Translations under genes and position numbers: made by a program
The notes under the pieces: model-generated
What the model saw: only the letters and a program-made list of their open reading frames with translations
What the model was told of the DNA's origin: nothing
The model's database searches: none
Part shown: in pieces, positions 1-14,277 of the stretch
Layout of the letters: each line of letters opens with the position of its first letter
Numbering within the stretch: the stretch's first letter is position 1
NCBI GenBank assembly: GCA_021613535.1
Contig: CP075497.1
Location: 11,532,001 to 11,596,000 of the forward strand
Direction: 5' to 3'
Source: Adineta vaga
Taxonomy: Eukaryota; Animalia; Rotifera
DNA: 64,000 nt

Positions 1-668
1 TGGACCGAAAACGACGGATAAAGATGATCAATCTACTGCACATCGTGATATGTTTCGTCATTTAGAGTCAGATGATCCATCGACAAATGCACTCGTCATA
101 GGAAAATTACATTCTTTCCTAGTCGATAAACAATTATCCAAAGAAATATCTCTTCAAAAATTTATTCAAGCTTTACAAACGGTTTTCAAAAATTCTCGAA
201 AATTTGTGCAAATAAGATTGGATGAATGGGCAACATTGATTGCGAATAATCGTGGAAAGGTAAATTTAAGAAAATCTTATTAAAATCAATTCTATTCATC
301 TTCTTCATTAGATCTTTACAAATGATATTCAATGTGATCAACTAATAATAAATATTCTCTGTGCTCGTCTTAATTTACCAATTGATACCTTCACTTCATT
401 ACTTCGTTTCATTCAATCAAAGAAAGCACATGAACGACACGATGGATTTCAGAAGTTAATTTTGATTTTACAAAATTCTCAAATAAAAAACGAAAACGAT
501 CCATGGAATCATTTACCGACAATATCAAATCAACTTTATGATATAATAACTCGCGTTATATTTGATCAAAAATATAATGATAATCAAGTTCGTCTTTGTT
601 TAACAGCAGCGAAAAAGACATGCCTATTGAATAGTGAACATCGACAAAAACTGAATGAAATTTCCTAA
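1..668 (+). CDS. 3' end of an unidentified protein-coding gene (last two exons; runs off the window)
   Basis: Open frame to GGAAAG|GT at 259/260, intron to AG at 311, then exon 312-668 in frame with ORF 462-668 and ending in TAA. No recognisable motif. Confidence 0.6.
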
Positions 669-821
669 TTCGTTTTCTTGTCATCATTAACTTCTTTTCT
701 TTTGTATGCAAACTACCCGTACTATGACTAGAACATTTCTTTTTTGTTTTGCATTTATATAAAATATAAATAAATATATATCACAAAATTCGATCAGTTT
801 CATGTTTATAAATATGAAGTT

Positions 822-2538
822 TTAATGACGCGATTTAACCACGTCATCCTGAGAAAATTTCACTTGTTTCGAATTAGCGCTTGCTTGCCATTGTTTGTCT
901 TCTGGAGCACTGAATTGATGATTGAAACGATGAGGAAGTGGAATCGTAAATGATTTTCGATCCCTATCTGCAGGTGTATAATGTAATTCAAATGTTCCAT
1001 TGTTCTCTTGAGTGTTTTTGTTTTTATTTGCATCTTCTAATACTTTTGTCACCATATCACTAACAGCACGTGATGCAGCTATTTCCCAACTTTCACCGTG
1101 AGCTATAACAAAGCATCTTTTTGATTATCTTTTTCTAAGAAACAATTTATGTCTTACCAGTTACATCAAGACCTTCGAGTTCATCTTCTTCTGCTAAACG
1201 AATACCCATAATAAAATGCAAAGGAAGAAGAATACCAGCCGTACATACAGCAGCGAATGCTAACAATACAAATAAAGAGAATATTTCCTTCCAAGTAATC
1301 AGAAAAATATTTCACTTACCAACAGCAGTCAATATCCCGGCAATCTGATACCACAACTGAACCGGTCGACCATAGAAAGCACCATCGAATCCACCTGCTT
1401 CATTCACCCATTTCTCTGCAAATAATCCAGTCATAAATGCACCAGCTATACCTCCTATATATCAACATAGACAAAAATCTCTTCAATCCGAGAGAAAAGA
1501 ATAACATACCACAACCATGTACTAATGCAACATCTAATGTATCATCGAAACGCATATACTTCTTCAGTAATAAAAGAACATATACAATAGCTGTCGCTAT
1601 GATAGCTATCAATATAGCCCATCCTGGTTGAACAAAACCACATGCTGGCGTAATAGCTACCAACCCAACAATAGGACCGATACAAGCACCAGAGATTGCG
1701 ATATGACCACGAACAGCATCGATCACTACCCATGTAACTAATCCAGTCGCGGCAGCTGTGTGTGTATTGATCAATGCAAGAGCAGCCAGACCACTAGAAT
1801 GACAAAGAACAATGAGTTTCCCATATATTTCTCTGTTTCATGTTACCTCGCAGAGTTAGCTGAACCAGCATTGAAACCAGTCCATCCAACCCATAAAAGA
1901 CATGTACCCAGAATAGTAAATGGAAGATTATGAGCTGCTGTACTATGTGCATCATAATCCTGTCGTTTGCCAAGAATAATCGATGCAACAAGACCAGAAA
2001 CACCCGATAGTATGTGCACAACTGTCCCACCAGCAAAGTCAAGTGTTCCCAAATGTTTCAACCATCCATTATCACCCCACACCCAATGTGCCATCGGATC
2101 ATAGCATACTGTTGTCCAAAGAAAGATAAATATCATGTATGGAATGATCTTCATTCGACCAACGATGGCACCTGAAATGAGTGCAGGTGTGATGATTGCA
2201 AATGTACCTTGATATGCACAATAAGCCAGCAGCGGATATGTTGGACTGTAGTTTGGATTGTATGATTCTCCAAATCGAAGAACAGACCATCCGAATGATC
2301 CGAAACCACTACTCACAGGTGGGCCAAAGGCAAATGAAAATCCAAAGAGTACCCATTGAAGAAAGACGATGCCCATGCATATGAATGAAAGAAAGAGTTG
2401 ATTGAGAATGTTTTTATGATCGACAAGACCACCATAGAAGAAGGCAAGAGCTGGTGTCATGAGAAGGACGAGTGCAGTAGATGTCATCATCCATGCATTA
2501 TCACCCGTATCATAATTACCTGTATTTGTTGAATTCAT
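822..2538 (-). CDS. amt: Ammonium transporter, AmtB/Mep type; exons 2538-1847, 1793-1510, 1454-1320, 1259-1158, 1102-822
   Basis: DTGDNAWMMTSTALVLLMTPALAFFYGG, DFAGGTVVH, LWVGWTGFNAGS, GLVAITPACG, DDTLDV..VHG and GLD..HGE motifs; four GT-AG introns restore a continuous frame. Confidence 0.95.
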
Positions 2539-3410
2539 TGTTACTGACGAGTTTGTGTTGTTGAGGAAAACGTTTATGACGGAGTAATATACAAAAAGAA
2601 TGTAAAACTAAGGAATATATTAGATGGAGTGTCTTTAACTATTAAATATTCATATTTCAGCAGTTTTTTTAGAAAGAATAATATATTTTTTTTCTGTAAC
2701 AGTAGCATAGGTAAAAAAGAAAAATTTTGTCTTTGTATGCAGGTTGTGAGATGTGCATGTGCGTTGAATGACAGCTGCAGGATATAACCTTCGATAATTA
2801 TATGACCCAGGAAAAGAAATTCTTATGTGTTTTGCCTTTTTACTTCACGAAACACCTGTATTTTTTGATCAAAATACTGTTTCATTCTTTTGATAGGAGA
2901 ATGGTGCGTTTTTAATATAGCTGTGTTTTTTCTCCTGCTGAGAACATAATTATAACTCTTATGTCAACATTAATCATAAACATGATGTATGGGCAAATTC
3001 ATTTAGATGTCTAATGGTATTTACACATTTATGAGTGTTCTGCATAGTTTTTTTGTTCTCGCTTGAATATACATTTTCTAAAGTATTCATATAAGTATAT
3101 GAATAAAATATGATTCTAATTTTCAAATGTATATTAAAGAGAAAAAAGGACATATTGTTGGAATATTTACTGCCTGCTTATTTTTTTCATATTCATCACG
3201 ATCAATAATATGAATATTTGAACTTCTTCTCAGGAAATTATTGATTATTTTTAAAGTATCTATTTAATGTTAATCTACGTTCTGTAAAAAAAAGATTTTA
3301 TTTATTTTAAATTCTCAAAGTCTTGATCACGCAAGCGAATTCAGCGAAACAATTTTAAAATGAGTACGAGTTACAAATAAGTAAATATGATATTTTTTTG
3401 TGCCAATATT

Positions 3411-3957
3411 TAAAGCTGATTCGACTTTTTAAAGTATCCCTCTTGTTCTTTCTGTTTTCCTGATCGAAAGAGGGAGTTGATTTCATACGTAAAGTTGATA
3501 ATGGCATTATCACTAACGTCTGTCCTGCACTTGTTCTTGATTTGTAATTTGTTCTTCTATAATCTTCGCTAGGACATTATTTAAAGCTCGTATTACCGCT
3601 ACTTCTCAACTTTCGCCAATCGAATACCAATTGTCCAATGTAATGGCAGTAGAATACCAGCTATACACACAGCAACAAATACGAATAATAATTATCACAT
3701 ATCACACTCGATGGACTTTAACTATATAGGTTTTCACTTACCATTATCTGTGTGTATCCCGGCAATCTGATACCATAGCTGAATTGGTCGAGCATGAAAG
3801 ACCTTCTTCAGTAATAAAAGGACATATACAATAACTGTTGCAAGGATAGCTACTAATGTAGCCCATCCTGGTTGAACTAAACCACATGGTGGCGTAATAG
3901 CTACCAAACCAATAATAGGACCAATACAAGCATCTGAAATAGAGATATGAGCACCGT
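3411..3957 (-). pseudogene. Decayed tandem paralog of the Amt gene (3' half)
   Basis: 3800-3950 aligns with 1560-1710, 3730-3800 with 1315-1380 and 3620-3680 with 1200-1260. GESW has become GES-TGA, there are two internal deletions, and the intron-3 donor GTAAGT is retained. Confidence 0.85.
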
Positions 3958-4514
3958 CTAAAAAGAGGGATGGAATAAGTTTTGTAACAAAAATAAAAAT
4001 GTAAATTTAATATGTGCCAGACTTGAATTCTAGGGCATTCACTTCAATCATTTGATTTGAGAAATACAGTCGCATATCCAAAAGTTTGGTTTGTTTTCTG
4101 TTAAATTAATATTCTAAACTTCAGTGATGTAAAGTGTTTTGATTGCTAATATTAGTGAAACCTTCGATGCTGAACGATGACGTTGAACTTAACAACTAGT
4201 GTTTTTATTTTTATTTCAAGTTATTTTATTAATTGGAATTCCTGTGCACTATATGACAGAAGAATCTGTATGTTACTACTATCCAAATATGATTATGTTG
4301 AACATAACTAAAGACAACTGATAACAATGCCAGATGAATAATAACCTTGTTATGTTAATCATCAAATAAATGTTTCATATCCACATATACAATATATCAT
4401 ATTACCCTCATTTTAATCTCATTATTTCAATATTCAAAAGGCTTAAAATATCATGTATAAAATTGTTCATTTATAAATAGAAGTTTTTCATTTATTTTTT
4501 ATATTTCTATAACA

Positions 4515-4967
4515 ATGTTTTATTCTATTGTAACATGCCTTTTATGTATAACATTTCTTCAAACTATCTCTTGTCAAAATCTCAATGGAGTATTCCTAAT
4601 TGATTCCTGCAAGTGTAATTCATCTGCTGAAGCATGTGATCCAAGTGGACCATTTATATTCAATCAAAAACGATCAACACTTGGTGTTAGATATGGTTCG
4701 CAACAAGTTGGTGTTGGTTCCTCACGAAATAATCAAGTTGATTTATATATCAATCAAAATCGATGTAAAGGTCTATGGAATGGTAAAACACATTCTGCTG
4801 AACTTAAATGTTTACACCAAGGTGGCATTGTTTGTGCAACAAATCTTCGTTGTCTATCAGGTTCATGTCTTGATGATACATCCATCGTCATTTCTTCAGC
4901 TTCATTTTCAACTTCATCAATATTTCCATTTCTATTCATGATCATTTCATTGATCATCATAGTTTAG
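4515..4967 (+). CDS. Intronless secreted cysteine-rich protein, probably GPI-anchored (150 aa, orphan)
   Basis: Hydrophobic N-terminal signal peptide, 8 Cys in the mature part, Ser-rich spacer then a hydrophobic C-terminus with no cytosolic tail. Confidence 0.75.
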   Translation: MFYSIVTCLLCITFLQTISCQNLNGVFLIDSCKCNSSAEACDPSGPFIFNQKRSTLGVRYGSQQVGVGSSRNNQVDLYINQNRCKGLWNGKTHSAELKCLHQGGIVCATNLRCLSGSCLDDTSIVISSASFSTSSIFPFLFMIISLIIIV

Positions 4968-5024
4968 ATTTTATTTATGACATAACAACAAAACAATGAT
5001 AGCTGAATAACTAATGAATGAACA

Positions 5025-6541
<1,517 letters not shown>

Positions 6542-7051
6542 CTAAAAGGCGAAAATCATATCAAGGATCTTTTAGTACTAAAACGAAGAGAATATCGAAG
6601 TTTTATTTACAGAAAAAAAAAGGAAACGAAAAAAACAAATCTATAAAATGTATTGCGCTATAAAAGAGAGAGAGAGAGAAAACATAATGTATAATATATT
6701 ATGTGAATCGAATGATTTGAAAAAGAAAATCTTGCACAAACAAAAATTTGTTTTAATCTATACGCCCCTTGTTCGACAGATATTTACAATAAAAAAGAAA
6801 AGAACGATTTGAGCGAAATACAGTCGATAAGTTTGTTAGGGAAATTGTTTTTTGTTCTAGATTATCACATTATATAAATACTTTTCATTATTTGTCAGAA
6901 ATTCTACTGTTCGTTTTGTTAATATCACGGAATGAAATCTTATCTACATGAAACTGTCTTATTTAGTTAGAGAAGTAATCAAGTCAAATCATTGAAAGAC
7001 AAAAGAAGAAGAAGAAGAAGCGACATGAAATATATTCAACAAGATTTTTAT

Positions 7052-7550
7052 CTAATCTAAATCGGCATCAGTTTGATCCGGTCGACAATATTTATTACGT
7101 TGATTGATATGTTGAGAGTAGGAGCCTGAAATTGATGAAATATATGAATGAACAAAAAAACTTGTTTTGAAAAACTACCGGAATGACTGAAACGTTTTCC
7201 ACATTTATCACATGTGTATGGTTTTTCACCAGTATGTAATCGTTCGTGTTCTTTTAAATGATGTTTATGTTTAAATCTTTTCGAACATGTTGAACATTGA
7301 TATCGTCGTTTATCATCTTCAACGTGTTGATTATTTGTATATGATGATGATGATGATGTTGATGTTGGTGCAGTATTTAAATGTTCCTGAGATCCATATG
7401 GTCCAATTGTATGATGAAAATGTCCTGTTGTTGATGAAAGGGATGATTTGATAGAAGATCGATTTGCTTTTCGATTGATTGGTAATGATGATGAAGATGT
7501 TGATACATCATCTTGTGTATCAGATAAATCACTATCTCCTGATAAACCTC
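7052..7550 (-). CDS. Two exons (7550-7179, 7125-7052) encoding a ZEB/Zfh1-type C2H2 zinc-finger pair; candidate alternative 3' end of SMARCC
   Basis: Spliced translation [42 protein letters not shown]|[15 protein letters not shown] matches the ZEB C-terminal finger cluster; starts at a phase-1 acceptor (CTTCTAG|GA). Confidence 0.85.
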
Positions 7551-8044
7551 CTAGAAGCAGCAAAGAAACATAAAACAATCAGATTGGATTTTTTTCTATA
7601 CAGATTTATATATGTATATTTTTTGCTTGTTTTCATTTTTTTAATGATCAACAACAAATAAGAAATAATATAAGACGCGTTATTATAACACATACAAAGA
7701 ATTTTCTTTTCTCTCATTTGCTGTTTTAGCTCTGACAAGAACAGATAGATAATTTGAAATTTCTAATAGAAGTAAATATATATATATGTATAATACACTA
7801 AGTTTTGTGTATGTAAGTGGCAGCAAGTAATGTATGTGTTATTTGAAAAGAATAAGAGAAGAAAGAAAGAAAGAAAGGAAAAAAAGAATCAAATTCTAAT
7901 AACAGACGACACACACACATACACACAAAGATCATTCGAATGAGTTTACACGCCTGGCCGGCAACTTTTTAAGAGAAGACGCTCGAGAGAATGAAACACA
8001 GAAAACGACGATGAGAAAACACACAAAAAGATTTGTTTAGTTTG

Positions 8045-11000
8045 TCAATAATTAGAATTATTTGAATTGTCAGCTTCTGCAATGGCAGGAACAGGAGCAT
8101 TAAGAACACTATCATTTGTTTCACTACCATTTTCACCGGTGTTTACAATGAGTATTTTCTCTGTTGTAGTTATGGTTGTATTACTAATTGTAACACCAAG
8201 AGAAGATGCAGTTTCTGTTGTTGTTGTTGTTGTTGTTGTAGTTGTTGATGTTTCCATTGCTGTCTCTTCCACTGTACCGCCTGAAATTGGAAAAAGATAA
8301 TAACAAGAAAACAGAAGGAAGAGAAAACGAAAGAAGACAAACTATTGCATATTGTCAAATATACAATAAATAATGAATAGAACAACATCATAAAATATGT
8401 TCATAGGAGTGAAAGATACAAAAGAATTGCTGTGTTTCTTTTTCATGCATCAATTCATTGTCTTCTACTAGAGAAAAGAAAAATAAGATGATGCATGCAG
8501 TCCCATATATATATATATATACATATATTCATGTGTAGTGATATGTACAAAACAATGACGACAGGTAAAAAAGATCATAGATATGAAGTGAACATGCAAA
8601 ACAAGGACAACATTGACAAAACAACAAATATGCTCTCTTCCCTCTCTCCCTCTCTCTTTGGTTCACTTTAGCATTCTGGCCAGATAACATCAATTGAAAG
8701 ATAGAGAAAACCAACACCCAAGGAATAGACAAAACGATACGATAGTGATAAAACGAAACATAAACAGGCATTTATAGATCATATATGTATGAATGAAGCG
8801 AGTTTCTCTCGAACTAATTGTAGAAAAGATAGTTAAGAAAGAAAGAAACAATGTCAATAAAGCATTAGAGCAGATTCTACCCGTTTCCGTTTTTTGTTTG
8901 TTGAGTTTTCAAAACAAAAAAATAAAATAAAGTATTATTTAAGCAGTATAAATCTACAGTTTGTTTGTTTTTTAGAAATAGAACTAACTAAAAGAAAGAT
9001 ATTCGTATTAAAGCAAAACTAATTGTCGAAATTTGATTCTAAACTGACTAGCGAGAGAGCGTATGTCTTTTTCTATCTGTTGTCAATATGTGTTTAACAT
9101 GTATATGTATATATATTTATGTGCATCTAATGATATACATGCAATAACTACAACAAACAATAGGAAAACGGAGAAAATAAGCAAGCAGCTGATCGAGCAA
9201 ACAAAAATCTATATACACATGCATATTTTACCTTCAAGATTAGCATTATCATTTGCTATTGATGATATCATTTTTGGTGATGGCATTGGAGCTGGTGAAG
9301 CTATGATATAAAACAAGAATATAGAATTCAAATGAAAAGTATGATTTTAGTGTTTAAATTACCATCGCTTGGTTGTGAATCAGTTGAATCTTCATTTGGC
9401 ATCATTGGTTCAGTTCCATTCATTGTTGGTGTAGGAATAATACTTCCACCTGTTGTTGTACTTGTTGTAGTCGGTGGTAGAGATGGTGGTGGTGGACTAG
9501 TATTCGATGATGGTTTACCATTTGTATTGACAAGAAGAGTTTGACTATTATTTACAATTGTTGATGCAGCTGTTGCATTAGAAGTTTGACGATGTTTTAA
9601 TTCCGATGTTTTGATTTGTTCTAATTGAAATTGCTGTCGTTCTTGTAAAAGTTGTTGTCGTTGAATTTCTAACATTTCACGTTCACGATCCATAATTGTT
9701 TCTAATTCTTCAAAATGTCGTAATTTAATTTCAAGTTTTTTTATTTGCATTTCAACAACTTGAGCAACAGCTGATTTTATTTTACGTTCCTCAATCGAAG
9801 CTAAATACTAAAAACAAACAAGAATTTAATTAGCTTTATCAATTTCCCCAAAAAATTTCAATATACTTTAGCTTTAACTGCTGCTGCAGCTAATGCACTC
9901 GCAGCAGCTGTTTTGATATCTCGTTCATTAGTATCATTTGATGAAAGTTTCCTTGCATCTTGATCAGTATTTACACTTGTTGTTTTCGGTGCAGTTGATG
10001 AAGTTTCGTCAGGAATGATTTGAGTATCTGTTTCTGTTGTTGCTTTGTCATTTTCATCAACATCCATTTTTTTCGATTCATCTTCATGATTGACCTAAAT
10101 GAATATTTAGTTGAATAAATGTTCTTCTCTATAAAAAAAAGGAATTCTTACAGATTTATCTGCAGCTGATTGTTGTTGTTCATCATTAACATCCATTTTT
10201 TCTTGTTTTACTTGTGATGAATCTTCGCTACTAGTACCATTCTTTGTTTTGTCTGCAGAATTTTCTCCTTCTAAAATAAAAACCATTGAATAAAAACATC
10301 TTTCTCGTTAATTTCATTCTTATTTACCTGCATTACTGGTTAAACCAAGTAATTCTAAACTTGAATTTTCATCAAGTTCTTTGCCTTTTTTCAAAGCATT
10401 TTCAATAATTTCTCGATTAGTTTCAATAAATGATGGTGATACTTCATCACGCATTTTTGTAAATTCATCTAATGCAGCTTTAACAGATGCACTTGCAACA
10501 CGTGGATCAACAACTGATGCAAGAAATGCCACAGTTGACATAACTGGATTACCATTTTGACTAAATGGTATTGGTTGATAAGCAAGTGGTCCTAATGACG
10601 AGCCATTTCCTTCTAAATATGGATCTTCGATTGGTAATTGAAGAAATTTTAATATACATTCATCTTGTGTTCGTGTACCAACATGTTCACAAACTTTATT
10701 CCAATCATCTTTATACATTTCAAGACCTAAAGATTCCAATCATATGAATGTAAATGAAGATATTAATAAACAAAGTCTTACCTTCGAGTAACAGAAGAAT
10801 TTCTTGATCTGACCAATCTTTTACTTTTGTTTTAGGATTCTAAAAAAGAAATAATTTATTCATCGAAATTTTTCGAAAAACAATTTCACATACTAAAGTA
10901 AGTTTTTTATTGTATTGATCAGTTCTTATACTTAAATTATTGTCCACTTCACGTTCTTCACGTTTTGTTTCTTGTTTCAACTCTGTTAATTGTTTCGATG

Positions 11001-13340
11001 TTGAATTCTATTTACAAAAAAAAATAGAAAAGATAAATCTATCTAAATTAAATCAAACATTTTCTCTTACTTCTCGTTGTATTCCTTTCGGATGTCCAAC
11101 AGGCGCTAAACCACATGGTGTATCACCTAAAACTGTAAAATGTGATGTACATGGTGGTCCCATCGGTGTTGGACGTAAATCAGCATCAACTTGATAATTA
11201 ATTAAACCCCATTGTTCAAGAAATGCATGAATACGCATAATCGCACAAACATCACCAGCAAGATTTCGTCGACAAGCAGTAACAGTTAAATATTCACTAG
11301 GATTTAAACGATATGTATCAATCATGAAATTTCGATAAGCCATGTAACTAAATAAGAAAATAAAATAAGAATAGTTCGTGTCTTTTGCAATAGAATGTTA
11401 CATTTCTGGAGTTTTTGATCGATTTTTTCCATTGAAAAATTCATTTAAACCACGTTTTTCTATTGAATTAATGGCATTATAATCGAACCATGCGGAATAA
11501 CTTGGAATAACAATATGATGTGATTGTTCACAAGCATCTGGTTCATTAAATTTTTTGATTTGATTTGAATCACCTTGGATCTGTTGATCATCAACATCTT
11601 CTTCATCATTTAAATCATTCGATGTACCACCGCGTGGCAATTGTGAATCATTGATTTTTTGACCAGTTAAAGCTAAATTAAAAAAAATACGGACACATGT
11701 TTTCTTTTATTTTCAACTTTTGATTGAAGTATTACGTGTTCTTGATGATGTCTGATCGTCAAAAAGTGATTGAGATAAAGAATTTTCTCCATCTTTTGAT
11801 AAATCATTTTCATCAGTATCCATTGCACTTCCACCACCACGTCCTTTTTTTCTAAAAAAAAATACAATGTTATTTTTTTGTTTGTAAAACAGATCATTGA
11901 TTTACCTTCGTTTAGCAGCTGCTGTATTAGTTGTACCACGTTTTTTCGAATTATTTGTTGGTCCACTTGGAACTGTAGTTGGACTTGGTGCAGTTTTACG
12001 GTCAGGTACAAGCTAAATTATATTAGTTTTTCAGTACGAAATTCTTATTTATTCGTGATAATGCTCTAGTCATTCTTTCTGTCTAAGAACGATATACGAG
12101 AGAGAAAAAGATTTGAATGTCTTTCATTTATCCATGATTGAGAGAATAGAAAGATAAATGAACTTAATACTGCTGTCAAGCTCTTTTTTTATACTTTCTC
12201 AATCAAAAGATCGTTTTCTTACCATTGATAATGTTTTTCGTCCTGAAACACAATTCTTCAATTTAATTCTTCCTTGTTCTCTTCCCTACAAAGTAGATCA
12301 AGACATTCTCTTTCTTTGTCTCGAATATTAGAACATACTAAATCTTCATCAATTTCGTAATCTTCTTCATTCATCCATTCATTGAATTCAGCTGTATCTA
12401 AAATCCAATTGGCAGCGACATGCCAAATACCTTGAAACGTTTCATCTCGTTTCTCTGATTCTTCAGCATCGACATTCGATACCCAAATATCAAATGAATC
12501 TGGATAAAACCAATAATGTAGACGACAATCTTTGCCCCGTTTTTCGACCACACGAACAATTTCATCTATGAAAAAAGAAAATTCTTCAAATATCAAAACA
12601 AAAACTTATCATTTCGTTTTTTCTATACTTTCACGTTCACTATCGATCTCTTTTGGATTTTCTGTGATTGGTGGATAAACAATATGATCAGCATCTTCTT
12701 CATTTTCTGCAACAGTACCATTATTTTTTTCAATAATTTGTTTTAATTGTGTTTGTAAACGTTTATCAATATTTGGACGTAAATAACAGATTGGTAATGT
12801 TAAAACATTTCGTTCAATTAGTAGTTTTTGAATATATTGAAATAACTTTATAACTTCATTTCGCGAATGTTAGATAGATCGAGTTTTTTCCTAAACAAAG
12901 ACATTTTTCTTTTGTACAACGAAACAAATCGATTAGATTTGATTTTTCCTACCAATTATGATTATTTTTATATTCATAACAACCATAAATAATAGTATAC
13001 AGTGCACCTGATTCCCGAAAGTCTAAGAAACATTCCATCTAAAAAAGAAAAACTTCGATTTTCTTGAACTTTTTTTTCTTTTTCTTTGTCTTACAGGAAT
13101 TCGTATGAGTGGTGCTGAACCATTTGATTGTTTTCCAAGATGTTCTTCTTGAAAATGTAATAATTCAATAACAAGTTGAGCGATATTGTCTTTTGTTAAA
13201 TGATTTTGATCATCACCAAACACTTTCTTTAATTCTTTTTTTTGCAAGGCTTTACGAATGGTATCAAATTGATTTAAGGTTTCAACAGAGTCGAAAAATT
13301 TTATATTTGGATGACCGTCCTTGTGACGGATGATGGACAT
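8045..13340 (-). CDS. SMARCC: SWI/SNF (BAF) core subunit SMARCC/BAF155-170/Moira; multi-exon, with candidate alternative last exons
   Basis: Chromo-like [22 protein letters not shown]; [47 protein letters not shown]; [33 protein letters not shown]; [14 protein letters not shown]; [21 protein letters not shown]. Confidence 0.95.
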
Positions 13341-13513
13341 TATTGAAAGTTATTAACACGAACGATCTAAATAATAAATCTAACGATAACAATAGCCTTG
13401 AAGAAAAGATATTTCAAATCAAATAGAACAACAAACACCGTCCAAATGAACCAACCTATTATGTGTAAGGAAAAGGAAATAAATAAAAGGAACGTGATAA
13501 TGGTGACCTCGGA

Positions 13514-13547
13514 TTTCTATTGGATGACGAGTTAACCAATAGAAACA
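13514..13547. promoter_or_regulatory. Inverted pair of CCAAT (NF-Y-like) boxes upstream of SMARCC
   Basis: TTTCTATTGG-N12-CCAATAGAAA is a perfect 10-bp inverted repeat; TAACCAATAGAAACA recurs exactly at 26801. Confidence 0.5.
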
Positions 13548-14277
13548 CATTTGGTATTGATTGGAATGGAAGGAACGATCTCTTTTCTGTTCTATTTGTA
13601 TATTTTAATCCAGTTATACAAAAAAATAATATAAAACTTAAAATAAATGTTTTCGACTTCTATCTTGCTAATTCGTTCGATGAAAAATCCTATCTGAATT
13701 CTATAGAACAAACACGATGGAGCTTTCAATTATTAGATGTAATCATATACGCTCTGTGAAATATCTCTTTTGTTTTAGGTATTAAATTAAGCTGTATTGC
13801 ATTACTTGAAGTAAAAAAAAATGCTTACGATATGTCAATACTAACTTTTACATATATTTCTATTGATGAAAAGGAATATTATAATATTTTTATCTTCATA
13901 TACTTTTCATTAAGTGTTTGTCATAATATAATACTAAAAAATCCAAGAGATCTGTTAAGGCACCGAAAATAGTGAAAAGAGTTGTGATATTGTGCAATTA
14001 GTGCCAAGTCCAGAACATCACTGAAGCGCATAATTAAACCAACAATGATGGTAAAAGTGAGCTTCCATTGTACCCGAGAAAAGTAGTGTCGTCTCTCAAT
14101 AACTTCGAGACGTACTTTACAGCCTACTATACTATATGTAACTTAACATATCAATGGAAATCATTGATTGCGAATACTATTTTCTTCTTTTGGAGATTCC
14201 AAGACGATAATTTAGACGTCTGAATCCGAAAGACACCCTCAACAACATTTTTGAGTTGATAGATCAACTTCAGAAAC

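Noticed and set aside
7057-7578. Standalone 173-aa zinc-finger ORF as listed in the track
   Set aside because: It starts at a non-ATG codon inside an acceptor tract and reads through an intron; only the spliced form completes the second finger.
12012-12221. Cassette or micro-exon within the longer SMARCC intron
   Set aside because: An acceptor near 12083 exists but I found no convincing donor leaving a normal-length intron.
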